Assembly: GCA_964035545.1 (NCBI GenBank)
Contig: OZ037768.1
Location: forward strand, 10,200,741-10,264,740
DNA length: 64,000 nucleotides
Direction: 5' to 3'
DNA from: Bugula neritina
Taxonomy: Eukaryota; Animalia; Bryozoa
In this document: positions 10,801 to 20,082 of the stretch, piece by piece
Position numbering within the stretch: position 1 is the first letter of the stretch
Layout: each line of letters opens with the position of its first letter
Program-made: the position numbers and the translations under genes
Notes under the pieces: model-generated
What the model was told of the DNA's origin: nothing
What the model saw: only the letters and a program-made list of their open reading frames with translations
Databases searched by the model: none

Positions 10801-13800
10801 TATACTGGAGAACATGGCACCCTGGCAGACGGGTCATGTATTCCCTTTTATGGTATTATCGAGCTCCCTGGGCGTGTCCGAGATCAGGCTGTACAGGAGA
10901 CCTTTATCATAGGTCAACTGGAGGAAGATGCTATCCTCGGCATGCCCTTCTTGAAGCAACACCAGTGCCGAATCGACTTTAGTAAGTCGGTGGTGCTGAT
11001 GGGCGGGCGAGAACTCGCCTGTGTGGATAAGTTTGGGCGTCCTCTGGTGGGCGGTGTTCAGGTAGTTCGAAACTGCACCGTACCCGGACGCTCCAGAGCT
11101 ACTATCCACTGCCGAGTGAACAGCAACCGGATAGCCAGGCTCGGGGTCGTTGAAGGCGCGCACGAAAGGATCCAACTCGCCAGTAGTTTAAACCGACTAA
11201 CTGAGCGAGGAGAGGTTTTAGTGCAGTGTGTCAACCCCTTTACCGAGCCCATTGAGCTCCCAGCTGGGTCAATGCTGGGCCGGTTCCACTCCGTCCAGGA
11301 AGAGGACGTGGGCCCGTCGCTGGGTGACGCGACGGAGGCACCCCCTCGACACCCTATTCAGGGACGAGGGGCAGTCCCAACACATCTCCGGGAGTTATAC
11401 GAAACAGCCAGTGGCGGCTGCGCGAGTAACAGAGAACGCCAAGCTATGGCTAAGTTACTACGCGACTACGGTGATGTGTTCAGCAGCGGAGAGCATGACG
11501 TGGGGCTGACTGGAATTGTCAGACACGAAATACCGCTGACTGCAGGGACAGTTCCTGTCCGGCAGCCCACACGCAGGCTGGGGCCGGAGAAAGAGAAGGA
11601 GGTTAGCCGACAAGTACGGGATCTTCTGGACCGGGGACTGATAGAGCCCGCCCATAGTGCGTGGAGCTCGCCAGTCGTACTGGTCCGGAAGAAAGACGGC
11701 AGTTGGCGGTTCTGTGTGGATTACCGCAAACTCAATAGCGTAACCATACAGGACGCCTACCCTCTACCTCGTATTGACGAGTCATTGGACGCCCTAGCCG
11801 GCAGCAAGTACTTCAATACGTTAGACTTGCTAAGCGGCTATTGGCAGGTTCCTCTGAGTCCCGACGCCCAAGAGAAAGCGGCGTTTATCACACGGGACGG
11901 TTTGTGGAAGTGGAAGGTGCTGCCCTTCGGGTTAACCTCCGCCCCAGCCACCTTCCAGAGGCTGATGGAACAAGTCCTTAGCGGACTCCATTGGAAGACA
12001 CTGCTGGTCTACCTCGATGATGTCATCGTAATCTCTCCAGACTTCAAGACACATGTCAGTCGTCTACAGGAGGTTTTCGAGAGACTCCGAGGTGCCGGTC
12101 TTAAGCTCAAACCTTCCAAGTGCGCTCTATTGCAGCCGGAGGTCAAGTACCTGGGGCACGTTGTCGGTCGAAACGGCGTGGCAACGGATCCCGAAAAGGT
12201 ACGGGCAGTAGAAGACTGGGTCACCCCCCAAGACTTGACCGGACTCCGGGCTTTCTTGGGGCTGGTAGGGTATTACAGGCAATACATACCAGACTTTGCG
12301 GGCATAGCCCAGCCGTTAAACCGGCTCACCGCAAAGGGAGTGACGTGGCAGTGGACCCCAGTCGAACAAGGAGCGTTCGACCGCCTCAAGGGCTGCCTAC
12401 TAACGGCGCCCATCTTGGCCTACCCAGACCCCACTCTGGAGTACATCCTTGACACGGACGCCAGTGACCAGAATGTTGGCGCTGTGCTGTCACAAGTGCA
12501 GGAAGGCCGAGAGGTAGTAGTAGCCTACTACAGCAAGTCTCTCTCACCCGCTGAACGAAATTACTGCACTACCCGCAAGGAGCTGCTGGCAGTAATCAAG
12601 TCAGTGAAGCACTTCAGACCATACCTATATGGCAGGAAGTTCCGGCTGCGTACGGATCATGCCTCGCTGATCTGGTTGTGCAGGAGAGCAGAGCCCTCTA
12701 GTCAGGTCGCCCGGTGGCTCGAAATCCTAGCTGAATTCTCGTACCGGATCGAACACCGACCGGGCAAGAGACACAGCAATGCGGATGGGTTGAGTCGCCG
12801 ACCTGACGGAGGTTGCAAACAGTGTCTCAACATCGAGAGGAGGGATGGAGGTCCCCCACGATGCGAGTTGGAGACGCTGGCTCATCACGGAGCACCGTTT
12901 GATTGGGATCAAGGTCAACTCAGGCAAAGAGTTGATGAGTCCCCGGAGGATGTAAAAAACCTCCGCGCCAACCCCGTACTGGCCGGTAATGTTCGAGAGC
13001 TGAAGAAGCTCCAAGAAGAGCTGCCTGGAGTCGTGGCAGACATATACCGGGCCAAAAGGGAAGGGCGACGACCCAGCGAGGAACGCATACGACAGGGATG
13101 CGCCGAGTTCCGGCTATACTGTCAGCGTTGGGACTCGCTGCGGATCGGGCAGGATGGGTTGCTAACCATCTCTCTAGCTGCCAGCGGCAGACACCCGGAA
13201 AGGAAGAGGGTAGTCTGCCCCACGGCCATCCGCCGTGAGTTGATTTGGGATACTCACAAACAGGCCCACGCAGGGGTCAAGAGAGTGATATCCAAATTAC
13301 GACTCCGGTGGTATTGGCCGCAGATGGAGCGTGACGTCCGGCTCAGAGTCAAACAGTGTGAGATCTGCCAGGCCAGTAAGCATAGCCGCCCCCCTGGTGA
13401 AGCAGGACGGCGGAGGCTATACGCTGGTAGGCCCTGGCAAGTAGTCGCTGTAGACCTGGTCGGACCCATGCCCCTGACCCCCAGAGGCAATAATTGGATC
13501 CTAGTACTAACCGACCACTTTACTAGGTGGGCGGATGCTCTGGCTATCCCAGATGCATCAGCCCCAACAGTGGCCAGGGCGCTAGACCAACATGTATTCT
13601 GTTATTTTGGGCTTCCCGAACAGATACACTCTGATCAAGGCGCTCAATTCCAGTCTCAACTGATGAGCGACCTTTGCCGCCTCTGGGGAGTAAATCAGAG
13701 CAGGACCACCCCCTACCACCCTCAAGGTAACGGGGTGGTGGAGCGCAACAACCGGATGCTAGGTGATGCGCTCCGGAGTCTCCTCCTTGGACGAGGTCAA

Positions 13801-16800
13801 GAGGAATGGGATACGGTGTTGCCGCAAGTCATGCGTGCATATCGTAGCACCCCACACACCAGTACTGGTGAGACCCCAAACCTCTTGATGCTCGGGAGAG
13901 AGACTCGTGTCCCTGACCATCTCACCTATCACGTTCCAGAGCAAGACAACTCGGTTCACGAGTATGCCAGTGAACTAGTGGAACGGATGAAGGCCGCACA
14001 CGACAAACTGCGTCAACAGCAGTGGAAGGTGCGGCACGAAGATTCCGATGAACCACCTCTCTATCAAACGGGAGATAAGGTGTGGATGGTCAATTACCGT
14101 AGGCGTCGCGGACAGGCTGATAAACTGAAGCCTAAGTTCGTAGGCCCCTACGTGGTCGTCGAGGCTATGCCCAATCATACGTACAAGATTGAGCGCTCAG
14201 GACAGGTGTCTATCCAGAATGAGTCTCGCTTGAAACCGTATTGGGCTAGCCCCGACGGAGTGGGAGAAGCCCCCCCGTTGTTAGAGCCCAGGAGGCAGAC
14301 AACGACGCGCGGGCGACGGCGGCATGGACCTGAATACGAAGTGGTCATATCGCGGGAGGAAAACTTGGTGAGAGAGGAGCGGCAGCTTTTGTCAACGGAA
14401 GCGTGTCCGCCACCGCCGAGTCTAATTCCATCACTTCCGGAAACCGAGCTGGTTCCGGAAGTGCAAACCCCCACGGAGGGAGGGGCTCCATCCGGAGAAC
14501 AAGAAGAGGTGACCGCTAACGGTGAAGTAGAGACGCCATTAGAGGCCCCTACTAACGAACCGGCAAGCGTGTCACCCCCCCTAAAAAGGGGACAGCGTAC
14601 GAGGAAACCCCCGCCATATTTAAAAGACTTCGTATGTGACTGCATTAGAAGCGGCGCACATGAAAGTCTAGGGGAAAACCGTACGATAAAATGTTGGAGT
14701 TGTGAACCCCACGCAAATATCAACTTTTGCGAGGGCGGAATAGTGGGAGGAATTAATGCGCGTAAAGCAAATAGTTCCGACCTCGTGCCTCAGAAACGAT
14801 GCTCAGCCTTTTCTTATGCTGACATCGCCAAAGGCAGACGTATCTCACAACCAGCTCCAACCTTACCAAGAACGTTGAGTATGGACATTAATACCGAGTT
14901 TCCAGGTAAGCCAGTATAAGTCTTGTATTCCTATTCATGGAAACGGGCTCGATGCCAGTAAATTCTGAACTAATTCAGCAGATTGAATCAGAATTACTGG
15001 GAACCACGTTTCATGTGAATGACGATGAAGACACTGTAATGGCCGACGGTCTGTTAGACCTGGAGCTAGACACTGTTCTTGGTCAGTCCACACATGATTC
15101 ATCAGTTCCTCGAGTGCATTCCAAAAGCTGTGACTCTCAGGCTAGCAACGGTCGACAGTCACTAGAATTATGTTGTAAAGATCCACCGCGATCTAACAAT
15201 AATTCTACTTTTGTAGACACACTCGCGCCCGTCTCTACGGGCATGCCTTCTCTAGAGATGGCGTGGGACCCAGAGCCGGCCCCAACAACTCCTACAACCA
15301 GGCAACTGCCACCCCAGTTGGAAGCAACCTCCAACTGGATTACCCCTGCCACAGAGAGAGAAATCAGGACCCATCAAGGAGGTGAGAGTAATCGTGAATG
15401 CAACCTCTGCCAGCAGCGATTCACAACCCACCGCAGACTAAAAGTACACTTGCCGCAGCACTACATCACCACTTTCTGCCCTTGCGGAGAATATAGCTAC
15501 AATCGTGATTACCTACTGCGGCACCAACGTACTATGCAGTGTTATCAAGGGCATGTCTATGAAGTAGACGAATCATCCTATCCTGCCTTTCTCAACGCCA
15601 TCAAACCACTCATCACTGACTCAGCTCGGCTATCTCGCCTGGAGCAAGGCTTCCCTTCCCCGCGACCCATCATCTCTGGAGCCGCAGATAAACCTACACA
15701 GTCTACTAACTCTCCACCTCACAGTCCTCTACGCATGCCGCATACCTTTCCTCGTGTCGTACTACAGAGGGTAGACACAAATGCGTATACACTCCCTCCT
15801 CCCCTTCCATCCTCAGAGCGGAAAAGACACAGACAGCCGACTTCCTCTCGCTCGTCCCCCTGGGCCCGCAACCTACGTGAAGTAGAAGCTAGGGCACACG
15901 ACTTGGAGCAAGAAGTGTACAGACTGGCCCCACGGGTGCAGGCTGCATCCAGTGAACTCAAATATTTACAGGAGTCTATTAAACGCATGAAGCGTGCGGC
16001 CCGCAGTTAACTTGAGTCTACCTACAACTCCATACTACTCATTCCCCTACCTCTCTGTGGCATTCCCTACCGTAATGGTGGCACGTACTCTACATGTAGA
16101 TAGGACCTTCTCTTGCTTATTACTTAGTGTGCACGTTATATATACCTGTATATTTTTATCAGTTGTTGTTTTTTTTTTGTATATACTTTTATACTGTTCT
16201 CTTACCCCCCCACAACGAAGTATACGTTTTTTATGTGAATTTTATTTTATCAGAAAGTGGGCTTTCTGCTGGAGGGGGCAGTGTGGTGGCTCGTGGAGCT
16301 ACCAGCAACACAATACGCAAGGTTGCGTATTGACCCGGAACAATGTATTAGCCAATTAGCTAGGCTGTTTTATGAGAGTAGTAGCAGCTTCGCGCTACTA
16401 GCTCAGTTGAGGATAGTGCTGTAAATTAAATAGACGTGCGTATCATTGCTGTTGTACATTAGATTTTATTATGTATTCTTGTATTAAAATATAACGATAT
16501 CTACTCGACTTATCTCGGTGAAGTTTCTCTAGTGATAAATAGACTCTCTTGGTGGCACATCAACCCTAAATCTGAAAATCTTAACAATAGTTAAACCTCA
16601 AGCTACAAATTTACTCTATTTATTTAGCTGCTAAATGCTGCACAAATTGCTAGTAGTTATCTGTAATGTTTTAAATACACATTATGTTTGTTGGCATTTC
16701 ATCAAGTATTTGCAAGTCAATTAAAATTTACTCAAGCCATTGTAGGACTTGGCTTGAACTTGAGCTGAATTATTTTGAGCCGCGACTTAACATGACTGGA

Positions 16801-19208
16801 TTAGCAATTGACTTGATTAAATTTGCCGTAAATTTGACCCAGCCCAAGCGTTGCTAAAATTACTATCAACAAACTTGCTCCAAATTTTGAATACATTATT
16901 ATATATCAAGTTGAAGATTGTATAGCTGATAAAACTTTATACATCTTTAAACACCAAAACATGTCATTCCTGAAAATTCTTATAAAACAATATATCTAAA
17001 CCAGTACATTGTTCTAGAAACTACTTTACCTTAGCCATATTTGAATACAGCTCAGTTACACCGTTACAGAACAGTTCCGCATCTTGAGTCAAAACCTGAT
17101 CAGGATTTGAAATTCTAGTATCTAGATTGTTTATTCGATAATAAGTACTCCCTCTGTGTAAGTAAAAACAAATACATCTACACATCACGATTTTAACATG
17201 TTTCTTACAAAATAAGATACTTGAAATATGAAAAACTATTCAAAAATGTTTAAAAATCAACATGAATGTATTTATCTCCATTATTTGCATTTTATCTTAC
17301 ACATGCTCACATGTACTGTATCAACATTTTTTCCTATTTTTACCAAATTCCAAAAACCAATATTAAAAATTAAAAAGAAAAATGGTCACGTAATTAAGAA
17401 GTTTGTTTGGTAAAATATAGCATAAATATATTTCTTGTACTTACGATGGATACTTAGCAACAATAGAGCTGAAAACTTACTGGAGATATTTACTATACAA
17501 GAAGTGAGACAGGTTCATACGAAACTTTAGCTTTAACTCGTCTAGGGCTATTTTGAGCAACTTATCTGAAACAGCCAACTAAAAATGCAAAATAAATGTT
17601 ATTAATCTTAAGATAATAAGACGCTATAAATTTTTATAACTAAAGGGCAGAGAGAAAATACACCCAAGGCCAAAAGTCAGTACGAATCAATACAAAAATT
17701 TAACATGCAGTACTCTACACAATTTTGTCATTAATGTAATACATATCTCTGCATACTTTTGTCTTTTAGGAGTAAAAACTGGTAAACTCTTAGCTACAAA
17801 TATAAGGAACTAACACTACTATAACCTTCAAGGACTGAGGGTAAAATAAAACACATGGTCAGAAGATACTTACTGCAGGCATTGCATATACATATGTCAT
17901 AAGGTATTTCGTATAGTTTACAGTATCACGAGCCACGATAGCAGCTTGGACATGAGTAGTGTTCTGTATAACCCATAAGTCACAGTATGTTGTTGCAATA
18001 ATAGAAGCGGCAGCTAACAGCATATACCCAACCTGTAAATGTATTGTCATATTGATGTCAAAAATGTTCCTTTGCTAGTTACAGGATAGTATATAATAAA
18101 AAAAGAAACCAGCATCAAAGACACCACAATAATTTAATATAAGCACTCATAACTTTTAACAGAGAACAATGCACTTCTTGTTGTTGACCAATAAAAATTA
18201 AATGTGATTATATGTAGTATACAAAATTACTTCTGATGAAAATACTCCTGGTACCAATATCTTCAACAGATATATTAAACGCCCAAAAAATACTTTGTCC
18301 ACAGTAGCTTTCTTCTTCTTTGATTTCTAGAAAATGCAAGTACTACTATTGCTTTAACAAAACTCACTAAATACAGCTGTAAAATGATCAAGACATGTTA
18401 GTTTCATATTTCGTAACTCAACCATCTAAACAAATACAAAACAATAATTATAAATTTTTGAATTTTACTCTTTACTTACCACATGAACATCAGCTTGTTT
18501 AATTGCATGGCTAAAGTCATCAGATTGGTTAGGTCTGTAAAACATATTTAACTCTCTTATATGAGCATAGATAAATGTTATGCTTAAAATAATAATTAAT
18601 GCTCAACAAAGTGTGAAAATGTACTCATATTGATAAGCTATTGACCTATTAATTGAATAACATATTAGTTGTCCTATTGCTAACATAAAGCACATCTCAC
18701 ACTAAAAGTAAATGAATCTGTCTTGATTTAAAATGCAAACAGGTCGTCAATGGCTATATATATTTATATTAATATTTGCATAATCATTGAACTTGAAATA
18801 TAACACCTTCATCCAGAAATTATATTTCACTTTCAGAGTGTAGAACAATAATACTATACTTATATAATTTCTCACTTTTTATTGAAACAAAATTACCTAT
18901 AAAAAAATCCAACTAACATTTGCTTGTGTATATTTGATTTAAAAATCTTCATGCTGGAAAGGTCTGCTAAGTTTGAAGAAAAAACAATTGGTCTAAGTTG
19001 ACCACGCCCCTCTCTGGCAAAATCAATCTTTAAAAGCTTAACCTGTTTCCAATACTTTAATTAAGTACCTTTTATTGAGTTTTACTAAGTTAATGCTTCG
19101 TTTTCTCCAAATAGCAATGCCAGCAGCTGCCAAAGCAAACACTGCAACTGCTGTTGAGCTGCTAAAATAATATTTGTGACCGAGTCGGAGTTTGCTGAAG
19201 GAGACCAT
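1851..19208 (-). CDS. ABCD3: Peroxisomal ABC half-transporter, ABCD3/PMP70-like (about 16 coding exons)
   Basis: Exons can be joined at GT-AG junctions: start MVSFSKL at 19208; [11 protein letters not shown] (~18231-18327); [17 protein letters not shown] (17030-17154); [11 protein letters not shown] (8450-8649); EAA-like SQEVAFYNG; Walker [13 protein letters not shown] (~3979-4120); [16 protein letters not shown] and signature [10 protein letters not shown]; Walker [15 protein letters not shown]; last exon [13 protein letters not shown]..., TGA at 1851-1853. Confidence 0.92.
4996..5477. mobile_element. Partial MITE copy (one TIR plus internal region), inverted relative to the copy at 7046-7707
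   Basis: Starts caatcgaggctttcaacaagtccc and aligns by eye over about 480 bp with the reverse complement of ~7220-7707. Confidence 0.75.
6212..6286 (-). pseudogene. tRNA-like sequence inside a terminal repeat; B box disrupted by a 4-nt insertion
   Basis: The minus strand has A box TGGTGTAATGG, a GTGT/GCAC D-stem and an interrupted TTCGA T-loop. Confidence 0.6.
6439..6510 (-). pseudogene. tRNA-like sequence (72 nt) inside a terminal repeat; not a convincing functional tRNA
   Basis: The minus strand reads GTCCCCGTGGTGTAATGATTAGCACACTTGCTTGCAAGTCGGAGGTCTCGGGTTCGATTCCCAGTGGGAACA. The acceptor stem pairs 6/7, and the D-stem and B box GGTTCGATTCC are present, but the anticodon stem does not pair. 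Confidence 0.65.
6560..7045. repeat. Minisatellite with a 99-bp higher-order unit built from 20-30-bp subunits
   Basis: aatgctcc recurs at 6701, 6800 and 6899. Subunits resemble ctaggagagatgccaattgcaattcctc and are rich in CTAG and CAATTG palindromes. Confidence 0.9.
7046..7707. mobile_element. Non-autonomous DNA transposon (MITE) with TIRs of about 170 bp
   Basis: Ends are caatagaggcttttcacaagt... and ...acttgtgaaaagcctctattg; 7046-7218 is the inverted copy of ~7540-7707. A 2-bp AT duplication is possible (7048-7049, 7704-7705). No coding capacity. Confidence 0.85.
9137..9441 (+). repeat. 5' LTR (305 bp)
   Basis: tgtggtggctcg...aaaatcttaaca; no difference from 16282-16586 found by eye. Confidence 0.97.
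9443..9461 (+). promoter_or_regulatory. Primer-binding site complementary to the 3' end of tRNA-Leu
   Basis: TGGTGGCAGCGGTGGGATT lies 1 nt after the LTR and is the reverse complement of ...AATCCCACCGCTGCCA-CCA, the 3' end of metazoan tRNA-Leu(AAG/TAG). Confidence 0.92.
9475..10341 (+). CDS. gag: Gag (288 aa from the first ATG)
   Basis: First ORF after the PBS, with capsid-like motifs [27 protein letters not shown] and FVQSL. The C-terminal knuckle is degenerate. Confidence 0.9.
   Translation: METENARMQPPPVEGERRNAVNPVNREAEEAYRHCLKAPTFTGSEDVEQFIQEFREVMEVAQWPHRVALIQLRRAVTEQAKPYGVGTDVNGILAALRARFGISAIDARTKLERLCRNPRTSLQEHAATVKKLAQIAYSDLPAQHQERYTYDAFVQSLNDLGLHHQLRAKGITRIEDALKAGEAYLLATQMHQARRNPPVVGVSAARATTSPEAPPLEAEVDRMVEMLGQLVTILAGAGPGQALRLPSTPAGPNWSSAGRDHGQQGRPQYQGALNCHGPRTLSLPAGRN
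10290..10346 (+). promoter_or_regulatory. Predicted -1 ribosomal frameshift signal (gag to pol)
   Basis: Slippery G TTA AAC (10290-10296) in the gag frame, a 5-nt spacer, then a perfect 10-bp GC stem CGGCCCGCGG (10302-10311) / CCGCGGGCCG (10325-10334). Loop CTCC can pair with GGAG (10343-10346). The -1 frame is open from here to the G-run at 10634. Confidence 0.75.
10630..14919 (+). CDS. pol: Pol polyprotein (protease, RT, RNase H, integrase); the true N-terminus probably begins at the 10290 frameshift
   Basis: Protease FLLDSG; [22 protein letters not shown]; RNase H LDTDAS, KELLA, TDH, NADGLSR; integrase HKQAH..CEIC, AVDL..SDQG..ERNN and GPY. No chromodomain seen. Confidence 0.96.
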   Translation: MRGGGVKVQPHGESYFLPGKVAGNAVTFLLDSGCTTNLLSRRVFEALPRRDRDRVRPYTGEHGTLADGSCIPFYGIIELPGRVRDQAVQETFIIGQLEEDAILGMPFLKQHQCRIDFSKSVVLMGGRELACVDKFGRPLVGGVQVVRNCTVPGRSRATIHCRVNSNRIARLGVVEGAHERIQLASSLNRLTERGEVLVQCVNPFTEPIELPAGSMLGRFHSVQEEDVGPSLGDATEAPPRHPIQGRGAVPTHLRELYETASGGCASNRERQAMAKLLRDYGDVFSSGEHDVGLTGIVRHEIPLTAGTVPVRQPTRRLGPEKEKEVSRQVRDLLDRGLIEPAHSAWSSPVVLVRKKDGSWRFCVDYRKLNSVTIQDAYPLPRIDESLDALAGSKYFNTLDLLSGYWQVPLSPDAQEKAAFITRDGLWKWKVLPFGLTSAPATFQRLMEQVLSGLHWKTLLVYLDDVIVISPDFKTHVSRLQEVFERLRGAGLKLKPSKCALLQPEVKYLGHVVGRNGVATDPEKVRAVEDWVTPQDLTGLRAFLGLVGYYRQYIPDFAGIAQPLNRLTAKGVTWQWTPVEQGAFDRLKGCLLTAPILAYPDPTLEYILDTDASDQNVGAVLSQVQEGREVVVAYYSKSLSPAERNYCTTRKELLAVIKSVKHFRPYLYGRKFRLRTDHASLIWLCRRAEPSSQVARWLEILAEFSYRIEHRPGKRHSNADGLSRRPDGGCKQCLNIERRDGGPPRCELETLAHHGAPFDWDQGQLRQRVDESPEDVKNLRANPVLAGNVRELKKLQEELPGVVADIYRAKREGRRPSEERIRQGCAEFRLYCQRWDSLRIGQDGLLTISLAASGRHPERKRVVCPTAIRRELIWDTHKQAHAGVKRVISKLRLRWYWPQMERDVRLRVKQCEICQASKHSRPPGEAGRRRLYAGRPWQVVAVDLVGPMPLTPRGNNWILVLTDHFTRWADALAIPDASAPTVARALDQHVFCYFGLPEQIHSDQGAQFQSQLMSDLCRLWGVNQSRTTPYHPQGNGVVERNNRMLGDALRSLLLGRGQEEWDTVLPQVMRAYRSTPHTSTGETPNLLMLGRETRVPDHLTYHVPEQDNSVHEYASELVERMKAAHDKLRQQQWKVRHEDSDEPPLYQTGDKVWMVNYRRRRGQADKLKPKFVGPYVVVEAMPNHTYKIERSGQVSIQNESRLKPYWASPDGVGEAPPLLEPRRQTTTRGRRRHGPEYEVVISREENLVREERQLLSTEACPPPPSLIPSLPETELVPEVQTPTEGGAPSGEQEEVTANGEVETPLEAPTNEPASVSPPLKRGQRTRKPPPYLKDFVCDCIRSGAHESLGENRTIKCWSCEPHANINFCEGGIVGGINARKANSSDLVPQKRCSAFSYADIAKGRRISQPAPTLPRTLSMDINTEFPGKPV
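14937..16010 (+). CDS. Retrotransposon ORF3: acidic N-terminus, two zinc fingers, Pro/Ser-rich linker, C-terminal coiled coil (357 aa)
   Basis: Intact ORF between pol and the PPT. It contains [21 protein letters not shown] (C-x2-C-x3-F-x5-L-x2-H-x3-H), [22 protein letters not shown] and heptad-like [18 protein letters not shown]...[11 protein letters not shown]. No signal peptide or TM segment. Confidence 0.85.
   Translation: METGSMPVNSELIQQIESELLGTTFHVNDDEDTVMADGLLDLELDTVLGQSTHDSSVPRVHSKSCDSQASNGRQSLELCCKDPPRSNNNSTFVDTLAPVSTGMPSLEMAWDPEPAPTTPTTRQLPPQLEATSNWITPATEREIRTHQGGESNRECNLCQQRFTTHRRLKVHLPQHYITTFCPCGEYSYNRDYLLRHQRTMQCYQGHVYEVDESSYPAFLNAIKPLITDSARLSRLEQGFPSPRPIISGAADKPTQSTNSPPHSPLRMPHTFPRVVLQRVDTNAYTLPPPLPSSERKRHRQPTSSRSSPWARNLREVEARAHDLEQEVYRLAPRVQAASSELKYLQESIKRMKRAARS
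16271..16281 (+). promoter_or_regulatory. Polypurine tract
   Basis: GGAGGGGGCAG immediately 5' of the 3' LTR. Confidence 0.88.
16282..16586 (+). repeat. 3' LTR (305 bp)
   Basis: Direct repeat of 9137-9441, followed by ATAG. Confidence 0.97.
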
Positions 19209-20082
19209 CTTGCAATTAGCCTTGTGGCCGAGAATAACTGATAATGAACTAGCGTTTATGACAGAATCAACCCAATATAAATCTTTAGCGCTGCATAAGT
19301 TGAAGGTCATATCAACAGCGACTGCGACGCTATCATTAGTATTTTTACATAATCATAATGATAATAAATGGAATATTACTAATCATAATGATAACCATAA
19401 TAAACTACTATTAGTGTTCCCATACACTAATTCAACCAGCCTTTTTAAACATTTCTTTTAAATTTTAACCTCTATGCATACAGCTATTTGATTTTATGTG
19501 CATGGTTATTAAATGGCTCTTAAATTAAAATTTGAAATTTCAGTAAATTGGAGTTTGGGCTTAATCTAAATCTTATACAGTTTATAGTTGTAGTTATACT
19601 TATTGACTTATTGTTAATGTTGTTCTTAATTCTTGAATTTGAAACTTAGAAGTTCAAGTTGACTGAGAAGTTTGAAAGTTGTTACATTAAATTTAATCAA
19701 ATAATTTTAACTTTCATAGTATAACTATAACTTTAAGTTAATCTTATTCATATTTCATATAGTAATGGTTATTGAATCATTTAGTTTTACTCGTTGTTAT
19801 AGGCGAAATATCAATAACATTTATATGAATATGGGATTGGTTCACAATAACACTTTCACTATGACTGTGATTTTCATTACTATGACTATCAGTAAAGTAT
19901 AGAGTGTAGTTAATTCTATAGTAATAGAGTATCAGTATGGAGGTGGGTGCAGTAGTTGAGTTCTTTTGTGCAATGTTAATGTACAGGTACTGCACCTAAA
20001 TGTTCCAGGTTTTATATGATAATTAATTTTTTTAGAGTGGTTAGAAGCACAAACCAAAGTTTTGTGGTTTCAATATCACAAT

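Larger units (their letters stand above)
9137..16586 (+). mobile_element. Full-length Ty3/Gypsy LTR retrotransposon (7,450 bp), antisense in an ABCD3 intron
   Basis: Two 305-bp TG...CA LTRs, ATAG TSD (9133-9136, 16587-16590), PBS, PPT, gag, pol in PR-RT-RH-IN order and a third ORF. GC content is much higher than the host. Confidence 0.98.

Noticed and set aside
9469-15988. Antisense and alternative-frame ORFs inside the retrotransposon
   Set aside because: Expected shadows of GC-rich coding sequence, with no recognisable motifs.
14937-16010. ORF3 as an env gene
   Set aside because: No signal peptide or transmembrane anchor; zinc-finger motifs are present instead.
16690-16850. Old DNA-transposon remnant flanking the Gypsy insertion (gacttga-rich, also ~8780-8960)
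   Set aside because: Termini and TSD could not be defined by eye.
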